From contig CAXRHT010000002.1 of NCBI GenBank assembly GCA_964230645.1, positions 896,001 through 960,000 of the forward strand: DNA of 64,000 bases, given 5' to 3'. The notes under the pieces are model-generated. The model had not been told where the DNA came from. It made no database searches and saw nothing but the letters and a program-made list of their open reading frames with translations. A program made the translations under genes and the position numbers. This document shows positions 36,326 to 46,718 of this stretch, piece by piece (the first letter of the stretch is position 1; every line of letters starts with the position of its first letter). The DNA is from Bdellovibrionales bacterium. Lineage in GTDB: Bacteria; Bdellovibrionota; Bdellovibrionia; Bdellovibrionales; JAGQZY01.

Positions 36326-37529
36326 CAGCCATATTAAAGATCGGAAGATACATTGCGATCACGAAGAAGGCGACAATTCCACCCAGTACCACGATCATCA
36401 TAGGCTCCATTAAGCTTGTAATACTATTGACCGCCACATCCACTTCGTCTTCATAAAAGTCGGCCACCTTATCAAGCATACCGTCGAGTGCTCCTGTCTG
36501 TTCTCCCACCGCGATCATTTGTACCACCATATGGGGTATGAAGGTCTCTTGGGCCAAAGGCACAGACAATAACTTTCCTTTTGCTACCGAAGCTTTTGAT
36601 TTTAATAAGGCTTTTTCCAGAAGTGAATTACCACAGGTGTTGGCCGAAATCGTGAGGGCTTCCATGATCGATACACCGGCAGCAAGGAGTGTTGCCAAAG
36701 TTCTTGAAAAACGAGCCATCGCACTTTTAATCACAAACTCCCCGAAAACAGGGGTTCGTATCAAGATATTATCAAATTGATTGCGACCGGCGGGGCTATT
36801 GACCCAGGTTCGAAACAAAACCACAATTCCAACAACACCACCGATAATGATATACCATTTGTTTCTTACGTAATCACTCATGTCCATACACAGGCGGGTC
36901 AATGCGGGAATTTGCTGTCCGGAGCTTTCAAATATCTCTACGAACTTGGGAATAACAAAAACTAGAAGACCTGTTACAACAGCAAGCGCGATTATTAGAA
37001 CGATAATGGGATAGGACATGGCCCCTTTGATTTTACCGTTTAGCTTTACTGATTTTTCAATGTAAGCCGCCAAGCGATTGAGAACCTGATCGAGCACCCC
37101 TCCCTCTTCACCGGCAATTAACATATTGATATAGAATTTACTGAAAACATTCGGGTGGGCTTTAAAAGCATCTCCTAATTTTTTCCCTTCGGAGATATCT
37201 TGCACAATCTTTTTTAAGGCAGCATCCAACGCCTTACCCCTAGGAGACTGCGCTAGCACTTCCAAGGCTTGAACAAGGGGCACCCCTGATTGAATAAGAA
37301 CCGAAAGCTGTCTGGTAAAAACTTGCAGATCCTTCGGTTTAGCCTTAGCTCGGGCGACTTTTGCAGAACTGGAAGAAGAGGCTCTTGCCATACTGCCCGC
37401 CCCCACCTTGATGGGGATAAGCTTTTTCGCTCGCAACTTGATTCGAGCTTCAGCCTCGGAGTTGGCTTCGATACTTCCTTGCACCACTTTGCCGTTAAAG
37501 GCTTTGGCTTTGTATCCATAAGTTGGCAT
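36315..37529 (-). CDS. pilC: Type IV pilus platform protein PilC
   Basis: FTRQLSVLIQSGVPL, AGEEGGVLD, AMSYP, VGEQTGALD, IAMYLPIF. Confidence 0.95.
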   Translation of the reverse strand: MPTYGYKAKAFNGKVVQGSIEANSEAEARIKLRAKKLIPIKVGAGSMARASSSSSAKVARAKAKPKDLQVFTRQLSVLIQSGVPLVQALEVLAQSPRGKALDAALKKIVQDISEGKKLGDAFKAHPNVFSKFYINMLIAGEEGGVLDQVLNRLAAYIEKSVKLNGKIKGAMSYPIIVLIIALAVVTGLLVFVIPKFVEIFESSGQQIPALTRLCMDMSDYVRNKWYIIIGGVVGIVVLFRTWVNSPAGRNQFDNILIRTPVFGEFVIKSAMARFSRTLATLLAAGVSIMEALTISANTCGNSLLEKALLKSKASVAKGKLLSVPLAQETFIPHMVVQMIAVGEQTGALDGMLDKVADFYEDEVDVAVNSITSLMEPMMIVVLGGIVAFFVIAMYLPIFNMAGGV

Positions 37530-37552
37530 CTAGCGCCTCCTCTGGTCGTTCA

Positions 37553-38623
37553 TCAAAGCCCCGCCTTTTGAAAAAGATTGATCATATTTTCCGAATCTTG
37601 ACTATTTTGGATGGCTTGCTCTTTGGTGAGATGACCTTTTTTAAACAGATTGAAAAGGTTTTGATTGAGGGTTGTCATCCCGCTCTTCTTTTGTCCTACC
37701 TGCATTAAGGATTCGATCTGGTGAAGTTTATTTTCGCGAATCAAGTTCCTAATTCCGGGATTCAGTAAAAGCAGCTCGTAGGCCAAAACACGACCTCCCT
37801 TTTTACTAGGCAGTAGTTTCTGACTAATCACACCTTGAAGAACGAAACTTAGGATTACACGAATTCTTTCCTGCTGCTCGGCTGGAAAAATACTGACCAT
37901 TCTATTGATCGTCTGAATGGCAGAATTGGTATGCAATGTTGAAAAAACAAGGTGCCCTGTCTCAGCGAGTCTTAAGGAAACCTCAACAGCTTCCAGATCG
38001 CGCAACTCCCCAATCAAGCAGTAGTCGGGATCTTGCCTTACCACAGCTTTCAAAGCTTTGGAGAAACTATTGGAATCGGCACCAATCTCTCTTTGGCTGA
38101 CCATACATTTACCGTGATCATGGACATACTCGATAGGGTCTTCAAGAGTCACAATATGACCGTATTTTTCCCGATTGATTGAATCCAGAAGTGAGGCAAT
38201 AGTTGTAGTTTTACCGGAGCCCGTGGGTCCTGTTACGAGAACCAAACCATTGGGTAAATTAGTTAAGGCTTTAACATAATCGGGAAGTCCCAACTCTTGA
38301 AAGTCTGGTATGTCTTCTGGAATTCGTCGGAAAGCACCGGCCACAGTGTTTTTCGAGAAATAGAAGTTGGCTCGAAATCTTGCAGTGCCCTTCACCTCAA
38401 AACTACAATCAAGCTCTTTTGTTTGTTCGAACTTGGCTTTTTGGTGATCATTAAGAACGGAGTAACACATTCGCAAGGAATCGTCGGGAGTGAGTTTATC
38501 CATCTTGACTCGAATGATTTTACCATCAATACGAAGTCCCGGCGCCGCACCGGCTGTTATATGAATATCGGAAGCCCCCCGCTCGGTGGCAAATTTCAGT
38601 AGTTGGATGAGCTTCATCTTCAT
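37553..38623 (-). CDS. pilT: Type IV pilus retraction ATPase PilT
   Basis: GASDIH, GPTGSGKTTT, EDPIEY, RQDPD, AETGHLVFSTLHT, GIRNLIRE. Confidence 0.93.
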   Translation of the reverse strand: MKMKLIQLLKFATERGASDIHITAGAAPGLRIDGKIIRVKMDKLTPDDSLRMCYSVLNDHQKAKFEQTKELDCSFEVKGTARFRANFYFSKNTVAGAFRRIPEDIPDFQELGLPDYVKALTNLPNGLVLVTGPTGSGKTTTIASLLDSINREKYGHIVTLEDPIEYVHDHGKCMVSQREIGADSNSFSKALKAVVRQDPDYCLIGELRDLEAVEVSLRLAETGHLVFSTLHTNSAIQTINRMVSIFPAEQQERIRVILSFVLQGVISQKLLPSKKGGRVLAYELLLLNPGIRNLIRENKLHQIESLMQVGQKKSGMTTLNQNLFNLFKKGHLTKEQAIQNSQDSENMINLFQKAGL

Positions 38624-40320
38624 TTGTATTCAGGGTCCTTCATAGTTTTAGTGAGCACTTCTTGAACGGAAGCCAAGCCCTTTTTAATTTTAGTCACTCC
38701 CGACATACGCAGAGAGATCATTCCACCGGCCAAAGCCGCCCGTCTTAATTGCAAGGGTGTGGCACCGGTTAAAACCGCATCACGTATTTCATCAGTCATA
38801 GGCATAACTTCGTAAACAGCCACTCGACCCGTTTTCCCCGTATTATCGCAGGCTCCACAACCAGCCCCTTTCATCGCCTCAAACTCACCCCACTCTTCCT
38901 CGGGAACTTGTAGCTCTTGTAAAACTTCGGGGGTTAATTTTTCTGGCTCTAAACAATGAGGGCAGTTTTTCTTTAAAAGTCGCTGAGCTAAAATTAACTC
39001 AATCGTGGCTGTGATCAAAAACTTGGGAATTCCCATATTCAGGAGACGATCAATCGTTTTGGGAGCATCGTTGGTGTGCAAAGTACTTAAAACCAAGTGA
39101 CCTGTTGATGCGGCTTCAAAAGCAATTTCACCGGTTTCAACATCTCGAATCTCCCCCACAAGAATCACATCGGGATCCTGCCTTAGGAAGGACCGCAAGG
39201 CTTCAGCAAAGGTAAAACCAATATCAGGCTTTGTTTGCACCTGATTTATACCTTCGATATTAAACTCGACAGGATCCTCGGCCGTACTAATATTTTTCGT
39301 GACATCGTGGAGTTCGTAAAGGGCCGAATAAAGTGTTGTGGTTTTACCAGACCCCGTAGGACCGGTCACAAGAACCAGTCCTTGTGGTCTTCTAATAGCA
39401 CTTAGAAATTTTTCTAGTTCAACATCCTCAAACCCAAGATCTCTTAAATCGAGCTTAAGATTGGTTTTATCCAGAATACGCAAGACGACTTTCTCTCCGC
39501 CCACCGTGGGAAGAACACTCATACGAAAATCCACAGCTTCTTTCCCGGGCATTTTAATACGAATTCGACCGTCCTGGGGTTTTCTTTTCTCGGTAATATT
39601 CAATCGAGCCATAACTTTCAGACGACTCGAAAGAGCGGAACCCATGGCAGCAGGCGGGCGATACTTCTCCATCAAAGTTCCATCTTTGCGAAAGCGCACT
39701 CTAAGAACTTTTTCATAGGGTTCCACATGGATATCTGAGGTTCCCGAATTAATCGCTTCCACCAGCATAGTATTAACAAAACGAATTACAGGATCTGTGC
39801 TTTCCTCAATTTCGTACTCAACACTCGGACTTAGAACGTCATCGGCTGATTCCGCTTCCATTTCTGTCAGGATGTTTCCAGCCGACTCGCCCACTTCGCC
39901 GTAGTATTTTTCGATGGCCGTATCAATTTCTGTATCAAGGGCCACCACAGGTTGAATTTTGCAACGGGTGAGGAAGGCAATGTCATCTTTTACAAAGATA
40001 TTGGAGGGATCACTAAAGGCCACAACGAGACTTCCGCCAGCCTTTGAAACAGGGATCACTCCATGTTTCTTACAGTTCTCCACACTAAGAAGCTTGAGAG
40101 CTTCTTCATCCAGTTCAAACGAATGCAGGTCAATGGCTGGAAAGCCATAGGAGTCAGCGAGCTTTTCTCTCAGACTCTCCGGGTTGACCATCCCCTGCTT
40201 TAACAGAATTGAGGTCAGTTTTTCCCCTGTCTTTTTTTGTTCCGCCTTTGCCTTTTCCAAATCTTTTGCTGTAATGACTTGGTCATCGACGAGCGTGCTC
40301 ACGAGTGCTTTGGTCGCCAC
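38620..40320 (-). CDS. pilB: Type IV pilus assembly ATPase PilB
   Basis: SDIHVEPYE, KPQDGR, GPTGSGKT, LRQDPDVILVGEIRD, CPHC...CGAC tetracysteine. Confidence 0.95.
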   Translation of the reverse strand: MATKALVSTLVDDQVITAKDLEKAKAEQKKTGEKLTSILLKQGMVNPESLREKLADSYGFPAIDLHSFELDEEALKLLSVENCKKHGVIPVSKAGGSLVVAFSDPSNIFVKDDIAFLTRCKIQPVVALDTEIDTAIEKYYGEVGESAGNILTEMEAESADDVLSPSVEYEIEESTDPVIRFVNTMLVEAINSGTSDIHVEPYEKVLRVRFRKDGTLMEKYRPPAAMGSALSSRLKVMARLNITEKRKPQDGRIRIKMPGKEAVDFRMSVLPTVGGEKVVLRILDKTNLKLDLRDLGFEDVELEKFLSAIRRPQGLVLVTGPTGSGKTTTLYSALYELHDVTKNISTAEDPVEFNIEGINQVQTKPDIGFTFAEALRSFLRQDPDVILVGEIRDVETGEIAFEAASTGHLVLSTLHTNDAPKTIDRLLNMGIPKFLITATIELILAQRLLKKNCPHCLEPEKLTPEVLQELQVPEEEWGEFEAMKGAGCGACDNTGKTGRVAVYEVMPMTDEIRDAVLTGATPLQLRRAALAGGMISLRMSGVTKIKKGLASVQEVLTKTMKDPEYK

Positions 40321-40443
40321 TTTGATCCTCCAGAAAAATTCCGTCCTTCTAGTAGTTTACAGTATGTGGTGGAAAAGAAAACGAGACTGAGGTCTAGCCT
40401 ATGAACTTAGATCTTTTAGAGAAGTTTAAGGTAGACGAATGAG

Positions 40444-41226
40444 CTATTTTTGTAGGCACTTTTTAAGTTCATCAGCCAAAATTTGCGTGTAGACCTCGCT
40501 GAACTCCTGGCTCTTAATGACTTCAACCCCTAAGGCCTTCACTTCCTCAAATAAAAAATTGGACTCTCCGGCCAGATCAAAAACCATAGAGTTCCCTGAA
40601 AGAAAGTGAAAGTAGCTCATATCCTCTAAGGTCTGCTGAGAGTAAAAGTCCTCTAAAACAAAACAAAGGGAGTACTCCTTTTGACTTTGAATGAAGGCAT
40701 CGGAATTGACTGTGGCCGTCTTTACGTCAAAAAGTCCAGCCACCGCATCTTGGTAGGAGTAAGTCGATTCGTTTTCTTCATGAAGATTGAGAAAAACGAA
40801 GTCATTAAATCCAAACTGGGACAATACACCCAGAGAGGGGTATATCAATGGAGAGTCGCCTAAAAAAATCACCGAACCCTTATAGTCCTGAGTTCGAATA
40901 TGAGTACGAATGACTTTTTCCAGCACCTCGAAAAACAGGCAACGCCCCCAGAGATCTCCCTTTTCAACTTTAACAAAGTCGATATATTTTAAAAAATGAC
41001 TCCCTACAGAGCGTCGTTTAACGATCCTACCTAACTGCAGACAAAAAGGTCCTCGTGCGACACCAAAATCAAATTGAGTGAGTTGACTGGATTTTTCGAG
41101 CTCTTCTTTTGACGAAAAAGCTGTCCAGTCCACGTCTGACTCCTGGAGCTGTGAGGAGTTTTTTAAGAATTCCGTCCATTTTTCCGGTTCAAAGGAGAGA
41201 GCAAATCCCTTTAACTTTTTAGGCAT
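40444..41226 (-). CDS. Hypothetical protein (possible degenerate Rossmann fold)
   Basis: Long ORF coupled to the ribF stop; ATG 41226 behind GAGGG; no catalytic motif recognised. Confidence 0.6.
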   Translation of the reverse strand: MPKKLKGFALSFEPEKWTEFLKNSSQLQESDVDWTAFSSKEELEKSSQLTQFDFGVARGPFCLQLGRIVKRRSVGSHFLKYIDFVKVEKGDLWGRCLFFEVLEKVIRTHIRTQDYKGSVIFLGDSPLIYPSLGVLSQFGFNDFVFLNLHEENESTYSYQDAVAGLFDVKTATVNSDAFIQSQKEYSLCFVLEDFYSQQTLEDMSYFHFLSGNSMVFDLAGESNFLFEEVKALGVEVIKSQEFSEVYTQILADELKKCLQK

Positions 41227-42157
41227 GATCCCTCTCCTTAAAATAAGCTCGCGTTTGTTCGACATCTTTTTTTATTTGTCTGACTAGATCATCGCGGCCT
41301 TTAAATTTTTTTTCATCTCTAATCTTACCAAGAAACTCGAAGTCCAAACGCGAATGGTATAGGTCTTCAGAGAAATCGAGTAAATGGGCCTCCACTTGCC
41401 TCTTCTCGTCACCACCAATTGTTGGTCGGACCCCATTATTTAAAACAGCTTTATAGGCTTTCCCACCTTTGTGGCACCAGCCCCAATAAACTCCATCAGC
41501 AGGAAGAAGTGTACAGACATCTGATAAATTGGCTGTGGGAAATCCCAATTGCTGACCAATACCGTCTCCTTTGGAAACTTTTCCTGAAATCTTGTAATTG
41601 TAGCCAAGAAAGCTACCAGCCTCCTCCACTTCTCCTTGAGTGAGGAGCGAACGAATAAGGCTACTTGAAACTTTTTTGCCATTCACAATAAGGGCTTTAT
41701 CTTGCAATACCTCCACTGGCTCGGACTTCAAACTTTCTTTTAAGAATGCAAAGTCTCCCTGTCCTTTTTTACCAAAGGTAAAGTCGTACCCGGACAAAAT
41801 AAGGTCTGGAGAAAGCGAGGGCAGGAGGTAGTCATTCACAAAGGCCTGAGGACTAAGGTCAGCAAAACCTTGATGGAAATCCTGAAGAAATAAAAAATCC
41901 AGGCCTAATTGTTCAAGTCGTGCGACTTTCTGCGCTTTGGTCTGAAGATACTGGAACTGAGGCAGCTTAAAAAAGTCCGAGGGATGGGGCTGAAAACTTA
42001 AAACAGCCGTCTTGAGTCCTCGTTTTTGAGCCTCCCCCTTCAATCGCTTTATTAGAGCGCAATGTCCCAAATGCACGCCATCAAAATTGCCCATGGTCAC
42101 GGCTAAAGACTCGGTGACGGTAGGCATTTCGTTGAGGCGACCTTCAATAACGTCCAT
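41219..42157 (-). CDS. ribF: Bifunctional riboflavin kinase/FAD synthetase
   Basis: GNFDGVHLGH, GYDFTFG, VSSSLIR, LGFPTAN, GVRPT, EAHLLDF, IRDEKKF. Confidence 0.95.
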   Translation of the reverse strand: MDVIEGRLNEMPTVTESLAVTMGNFDGVHLGHCALIKRLKGEAQKRGLKTAVLSFQPHPSDFFKLPQFQYLQTKAQKVARLEQLGLDFLFLQDFHQGFADLSPQAFVNDYLLPSLSPDLILSGYDFTFGKKGQGDFAFLKESLKSEPVEVLQDKALIVNGKKVSSSLIRSLLTQGEVEEAGSFLGYNYKISGKVSKGDGIGQQLGFPTANLSDVCTLLPADGVYWGWCHKGGKAYKAVLNNGVRPTIGGDEKRQVEAHLLDFSEDLYHSRLDFEFLGKIRDEKKFKGRDDLVRQIKKDVEQTRAYFKERDHA

Positions 42158-42274
42158 GTAGTGAACATACCAGGAATTCGTAAAGAGGTTAAGAAAACTC
42201 ATAGGGATCATTTTGAGTTTTTAAGTTCGTTGACCAAGGACCGGGCACCTAGACGCCACCCCCTCGGCACAGCT

Positions 42275-43861
42275 ATGATTAAGTCTGTGAAAAGCTTTAT
42301 CAATTACAGAGACCTCTTTATAAGGATCTTTGTTATCATTCTGACCTCTTTAATTTTGCTATTTCTTGGCCGAGATAACAATTTTGATTTTCATTTTAAA
42401 ATCAGAAAAGCCCAACCGACCGCTTCGAGCCTTTATATTCTAGAAGTTCCCACCAACGGATCCACTCAGCCCATCGTTGAGAAATTACTCGCCCAAGGTG
42501 TTCAAAAAATACTTCTCAATCACTACCTCTCTGATAGCAAACATCCCCAGTTGGTTGTCTACGCCGTCGACGACGCTGAGCCCTCCGCTATTGAACTCAA
42601 TTTACAGCCTGACGCAGATGGATTTGTTCGTAGAGTCGAGTTTGAAAATCGCCCGCTCTTTTTATCCAATGAGGTCAAAACCGATGTATTTTATAATATT
42701 AACTTTCGTGGCCCTAGCCAGACCTTTCCCATCCTTCAAGATTTTGATTTGAAATCGACCGATCTCGAAAATAAGATTGTCATCCTCAAACCTAAAAAAT
42801 CATTTGAAAACTACACCACACCTGTGGGCTTAATGAGTGAAGCCGAACTGGTTGCAAACATTGCCGATAATATATTAATGCACCGATTTATTCCGGAAAA
42901 AAACTTCAGTTCCGCTTTCGCTATTTTAGCTCTTCTTCTTATTTTTATGATTGGTATATTAATCTCACTTCCCTCCACCCTGGCTCTCTTCTCAAGCACT
43001 GTGCTGGCCTTATGTTATGTTAGCTTGTCCCTATGGTTTTTTGACAACTACTACTTCTGGACACCACTACTTGTTCCACTGGTTCAGATGTTTCTCACCT
43101 ACATTCTCATTTCTAACTATAAAAACGTTTTGAACGAAAAGACCCGTTGGGGCCTAGAGAAAGAAAGTCACTTTTTTCAAGAAGTCGAGGAGATGAAAAC
43201 GAATTTTTTGAGTTTATTCAGTCATGACCTAAAAACACCACTGGCAAAAATTATTGGAATCTCCGACACCCTTCGCTCTCAAATAAAAGACCCAGACATT
43301 CTTGAAGAAATCGAAAAGATCCACACATCCTCTAAAGACTTGGAAAAATACATCCAAAGAATCCTTAAAATGTCTCAAGTTCAGTCTAAAAATGTGTCTC
43401 TTAATAAAACTCCTGAAGACATTAATACAATAATTGAAAAATCAATCGCTCAGAACCGGTTTAGCGCCGAAGAGAAAAATATTACATTAGAAAAGAACCT
43501 CTCCCCTCTTTTCATGATTGAAATGGACGGAGGCCTAATTCAAGAGGTCATTATCAACTTTATCGAAAATGCCATCACCTACTCCCCTGAGGGCACTACT
43601 ATAAAAATTTCCTCCGAAGAAATTAACGAATATGTTAAAGTATCAGTGAAAGACGAAGGACAGGGAGTTCCTAAAGAGGCCCAGGAGAACATTTGGGACA
43701 AATACTACCGTTTTGACGGTAAAAACACAGGCTATGGGTTGGGACTTTTTTTAAGTCGGTATGTGGTTGATCTCCACGGCGGCCAAGTCTTTTTAAACAG
43801 TAAGAAAAACCAAGGCAGTGAATTTGGTTTTATTTTACCAATCAATGAGGATGAGTCATGA
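42275..43861 (+). CDS. Sensor histidine kinase (CHASE2-like periplasmic region)
   Basis: DADGFVRRV, INFRGP, TPVGLM; three TM; SHDLKTPL; NAITYS; GYGLGL. Confidence 0.85.
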   Translation: MIKSVKSFINYRDLFIRIFVIILTSLILLFLGRDNNFDFHFKIRKAQPTASSLYILEVPTNGSTQPIVEKLLAQGVQKILLNHYLSDSKHPQLVVYAVDDAEPSAIELNLQPDADGFVRRVEFENRPLFLSNEVKTDVFYNINFRGPSQTFPILQDFDLKSTDLENKIVILKPKKSFENYTTPVGLMSEAELVANIADNILMHRFIPEKNFSSAFAILALLLIFMIGILISLPSTLALFSSTVLALCYVSLSLWFFDNYYFWTPLLVPLVQMFLTYILISNYKNVLNEKTRWGLEKESHFFQEVEEMKTNFLSLFSHDLKTPLAKIIGISDTLRSQIKDPDILEEIEKIHTSSKDLEKYIQRILKMSQVQSKNVSLNKTPEDINTIIEKSIAQNRFSAEEKNITLEKNLSPLFMIEMDGGLIQEVIINFIENAITYSPEGTTIKISSEEINEYVKVSVKDEGQGVPKEAQENIWDKYYRFDGKNTGYGLGLFLSRYVVDLHGGQVFLNSKKNQGSEFGFILPINEDES

Positions 43862-45234
43862 AATCACTTCAAATACTAATCGCCGATGACGAGCCCGATT
43901 TAAGAAAATATATTATTCATATTTTACAGCAAGACGTGGAACATAAGCTAGAATTCGACGAGGTCGACAACGGTCAACAAGCCCTTGATAAGCTCAAAGA
44001 AAAGAACTACGACCTTATTCTTTTAGATGTGAGGATGCCGGTCATGGATGGTTTGGAAACCCTAGGTCAGATCGTGAAGACAGAGTCTGATGCTTTTGTC
44101 GTAATGATCACGGCCCATGGGAATGTACGAGATGCTGTTCAAGCTATTAAACTGGGCGCTTACGACTATCTACAAAAGCCTCTTAATAAAGATAAGATCC
44201 TTGAAATTGTTAAGAAATCCTTGGAAGCCAAAAATCTTGTGGAGCAAATTTCATTGAGCTTCCCTATATTAGAGTCCGATATTGAAAGCCAAATTATTGG
44301 ACATTCCAAACCAATGAAAAAGGTTTTTGAACTCATTAAAAAGATCTCCAATGTCGATAGCACAATTCTACTGCGCGGAGAAAATGGAACCGGAAAGGAC
44401 CTTGTGGCTAAAGCCATTCATTTTAACTCCTCTCGGAAAAGCGAGCAGATGATCGCTGTGAACTGTGCGGCTATTCCCGAGGGCCTTATTGAAAGTGAGC
44501 TTTTTGGTCACGAAAAGGGAGCCTTTACTGACGCTAGCGAAAGAAAAATTGGAAAATTTCAATTGGCAAATAATGGTACTCTCTTTCTTGATGAGATCGG
44601 CGAGCTAAGGCCCGAAGTGCAATCCAAGCTTCTTAGAGTCCTACAAGACAAAACCTTTACCCCTGTGGGATCTAACAGAACTCAGAAAACCAATGCTCGC
44701 ATAGTGACGGCCACCAACCAAAACTTAGAAAAGCAAATTGAAGACGGTCGGTTTAGAGAGGATCTCTTTTTCCGCTTGAACGTGGTGCCTATTTTTATCC
44801 CACCTCTAAGAGAGAGAAAAGAGGATATCCCCTCCTTGATTCAATACTTCATTTCGAAATACGCGGAACAGAATCAACCAAAATCCACCTGGCCCCAAGA
44901 GGTTATGGATAAACTCATGAGCTACCCCTGGCCTGGCAACATCAGAGAATTAGAAAATGTTGTGCAAAGAATGCTCATATTGACTGAAGGCAAAGAAATT
45001 TCTATGCAAGACCTCCCCGGTCCCATTCTCAACTTCGAACCTGATGAGCAAACCGATGAAACCGAATTGGATTTTGAAAAATTCAAAATTGAATCAGAAA
45101 AAACCTTTATCGAAAAAGCTTTAATGGCCAATGACGGTAAAATCAATCGTACCGTCGCCAATGCCAATATTCCTAAAAACACACTGTTGAGAAAGATTAA
45201 GAAGTTCAATATTGATTTGAAAAAACTGAAATAA
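43858..45234 (+). CDS. sigma54-dependent (NtrC-family) response regulator
   Basis: REC; GENGTGKD; GAFTDA; FREDLFFRLNV; WPGNIREL; HTH. Confidence 0.93.
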   Translation: MKSLQILIADDEPDLRKYIIHILQQDVEHKLEFDEVDNGQQALDKLKEKNYDLILLDVRMPVMDGLETLGQIVKTESDAFVVMITAHGNVRDAVQAIKLGAYDYLQKPLNKDKILEIVKKSLEAKNLVEQISLSFPILESDIESQIIGHSKPMKKVFELIKKISNVDSTILLRGENGTGKDLVAKAIHFNSSRKSEQMIAVNCAAIPEGLIESELFGHEKGAFTDASERKIGKFQLANNGTLFLDEIGELRPEVQSKLLRVLQDKTFTPVGSNRTQKTNARIVTATNQNLEKQIEDGRFREDLFFRLNVVPIFIPPLRERKEDIPSLIQYFISKYAEQNQPKSTWPQEVMDKLMSYPWPGNIRELENVVQRMLILTEGKEISMQDLPGPILNFEPDEQTDETELDFEKFKIESEKTFIEKALMANDGKINRTVANANIPKNTLLRKIKKFNIDLKKLK

Positions 45235-45290
45235 TTCCTTGCTGTCCAGTGGATTTTTCGCCGCTGGCCTAGAACATATCTCCTTGAGCT

Positions 45291-45659
45291 AAAACATGTC
45301 TCCTTGAGCGAATAAATCATGTCATCTTGAGCGAAGCGAAAGATCTTCTTCCCTTCGGTCAGGAGGACAATGGGCAATCCAAAACATGTCGTCTTGAGCG
45401 AATAAATCATGTCATCTTGAGCGAAGCGAAAGATCTAAGATCCTTCGCTACGCTCAGGAGGACAATGGGCAATCCAAAAACATGACGCCTTGAGCGAATA
45501 AACCATGTCGTCTTGAGCGGAGCGAAAGATCTAAGATCCTTCGCTACGCTCAGGAGGACAATGGGCAATCCAAAAACATGGCGCCTTGAGCGAATAAATC
45601 ATGTCGTCTTGAGCGGAGCGAAAGACCTTCTTCGCTGCGCTCAGGAGGACAATGGGCAA
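45291..45659. repeat. BIME-like tandem array of four 88-96 bp REP-containing units
   Basis: Units begin near 45291, 45381, 45476 and 45572; consensus ...TTGAGCGAATAAATCATGTCRTCTTGAGCGRAGCGAAAGATCT(AAGATC)CTTCGCTACGCTCAGGAGGACAATGGGCAATCC. Confidence 0.9.
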
Positions 45660-45671
45660 AGTATAGGTCTA

Positions 45672-46718
45672 TTATTTGAAGTGCTGTTTTATTTTCTTTA
45701 GGACATCCTCCGGAGAAATGTCTTCCATACACTGGTGTGTTCCGATCGGGCAGTATCTTCCGCCATGCTGACCACAGGGGCGACAAAGAAGGTCGTTTTT
45801 CTCAACGACTAAAGCTTTGGGGTTCCAAGGCTTGTAACCTAACTCCTGCACCGTAGGACCAAAAAAAGCAATGCAAGGCAGATGCAGAAGACTGGCCATA
45901 TGCATGGAGCCGGAATCGTTACATAGAAGCCCTCTGGATTTCGACAGAATTTTAAGAGACTCAAAAATACTGAGATGACCCGCTAAGGAAAAACTATTAG
46001 GGATCTGCTTAGAAAGTCCCTCACATATCACTCTTTCATCAGGAGCCCCCAGGAGAACCACTTGGAATCCCCAGCGAGAGAGTTCAACGGCTACTTTTTT
46101 AAAAGACGAAGGGGGCCAACGTTTGGTCTCCCATACACTTCCAGGAGCCATACAAATATAAGGCTTATCAACTCTCAAGCCTTTTACAGATTTCCCTTGA
46201 AGCACCTCTTCAATCTGCCCCTCAGACCAATGGAGCTGACTCATGAACATCTCCGACCATTGCGGAATCTGATCCGGCTTCTGGGAGAAGGCCTCTAACT
46301 TTACTTCAACCTTATCATCCACCGAAGCCACAAGTTGCAACTGCCTGATCGCCTCGGGCCAATCAAGACGGCGCTCAACCCTTTTATCGAAGTAAGTCGA
46401 ATTCCAGATTTTTTTATATCCCACTTTCTGTTCAGCCTGTAAGCCACTCACCAGCTTATGAGAACTCATCGATTGGTGTGGGCAAAACAAAGTATGGAAT
46501 TTTTGGCCGCGTAGTTCTTTAACGAGACCTTGTTTTTGTTTTTTATCAACTTCTATAACCTCGTCTACAATACCCAAGGACTGCATCAAGGAGCCCAAGC
46601 CTTTGCGACACACGAGTGTTAAATGAGACTGAGGTGACCAATAACGAATTTGTCTTAACGAGGGAACTGCTAAAAGGAGATCGCCCAAAAAAGCGGTTTG
46701 AATATAAATATGATTCAT
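45672..46718 (-). CDS. waaF: Glycosyltransferase family 9 (LPS heptosyltransferase II-like)
   Basis: QTAFLGDLLL, APGSVWETKRWP, NDSGSMH, FGPT, CRPCGQHG..CP.GTHQCM. Confidence 0.8.
   Translation of the reverse strand: MNHIYIQTAFLGDLLLAVPSLRQIRYWSPQSHLTLVCRKGLGSLMQSLGIVDEVIEVDKKQKQGLVKELRGQKFHTLFCPHQSMSSHKLVSGLQAEQKVGYKKIWNSTYFDKRVERRLDWPEAIRQLQLVASVDDKVEVKLEAFSQKPDQIPQWSEMFMSQLHWSEGQIEEVLQGKSVKGLRVDKPYICMAPGSVWETKRWPPSSFKKVAVELSRWGFQVVLLGAPDERVICEGLSKQIPNSFSLAGHLSIFESLKILSKSRGLLCNDSGSMHMASLLHLPCIAFFGPTVQELGYKPWNPKALVVEKNDLLCRPCGQHGGRYCPIGTHQCMEDISPEDVLKKIKQHFK

Noticed and set aside
45291..45659. CRISPR array
   Set aside because: The sequence between repeats is itself conserved (no unique spacers), units are about 90 bp, and there are no cas genes in the window.
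44922..45786. ORFs 44922..45410, 45513..45701 and 45550..45786
   Set aside because: They arise from the REP array and from antisense overlap with real genes.
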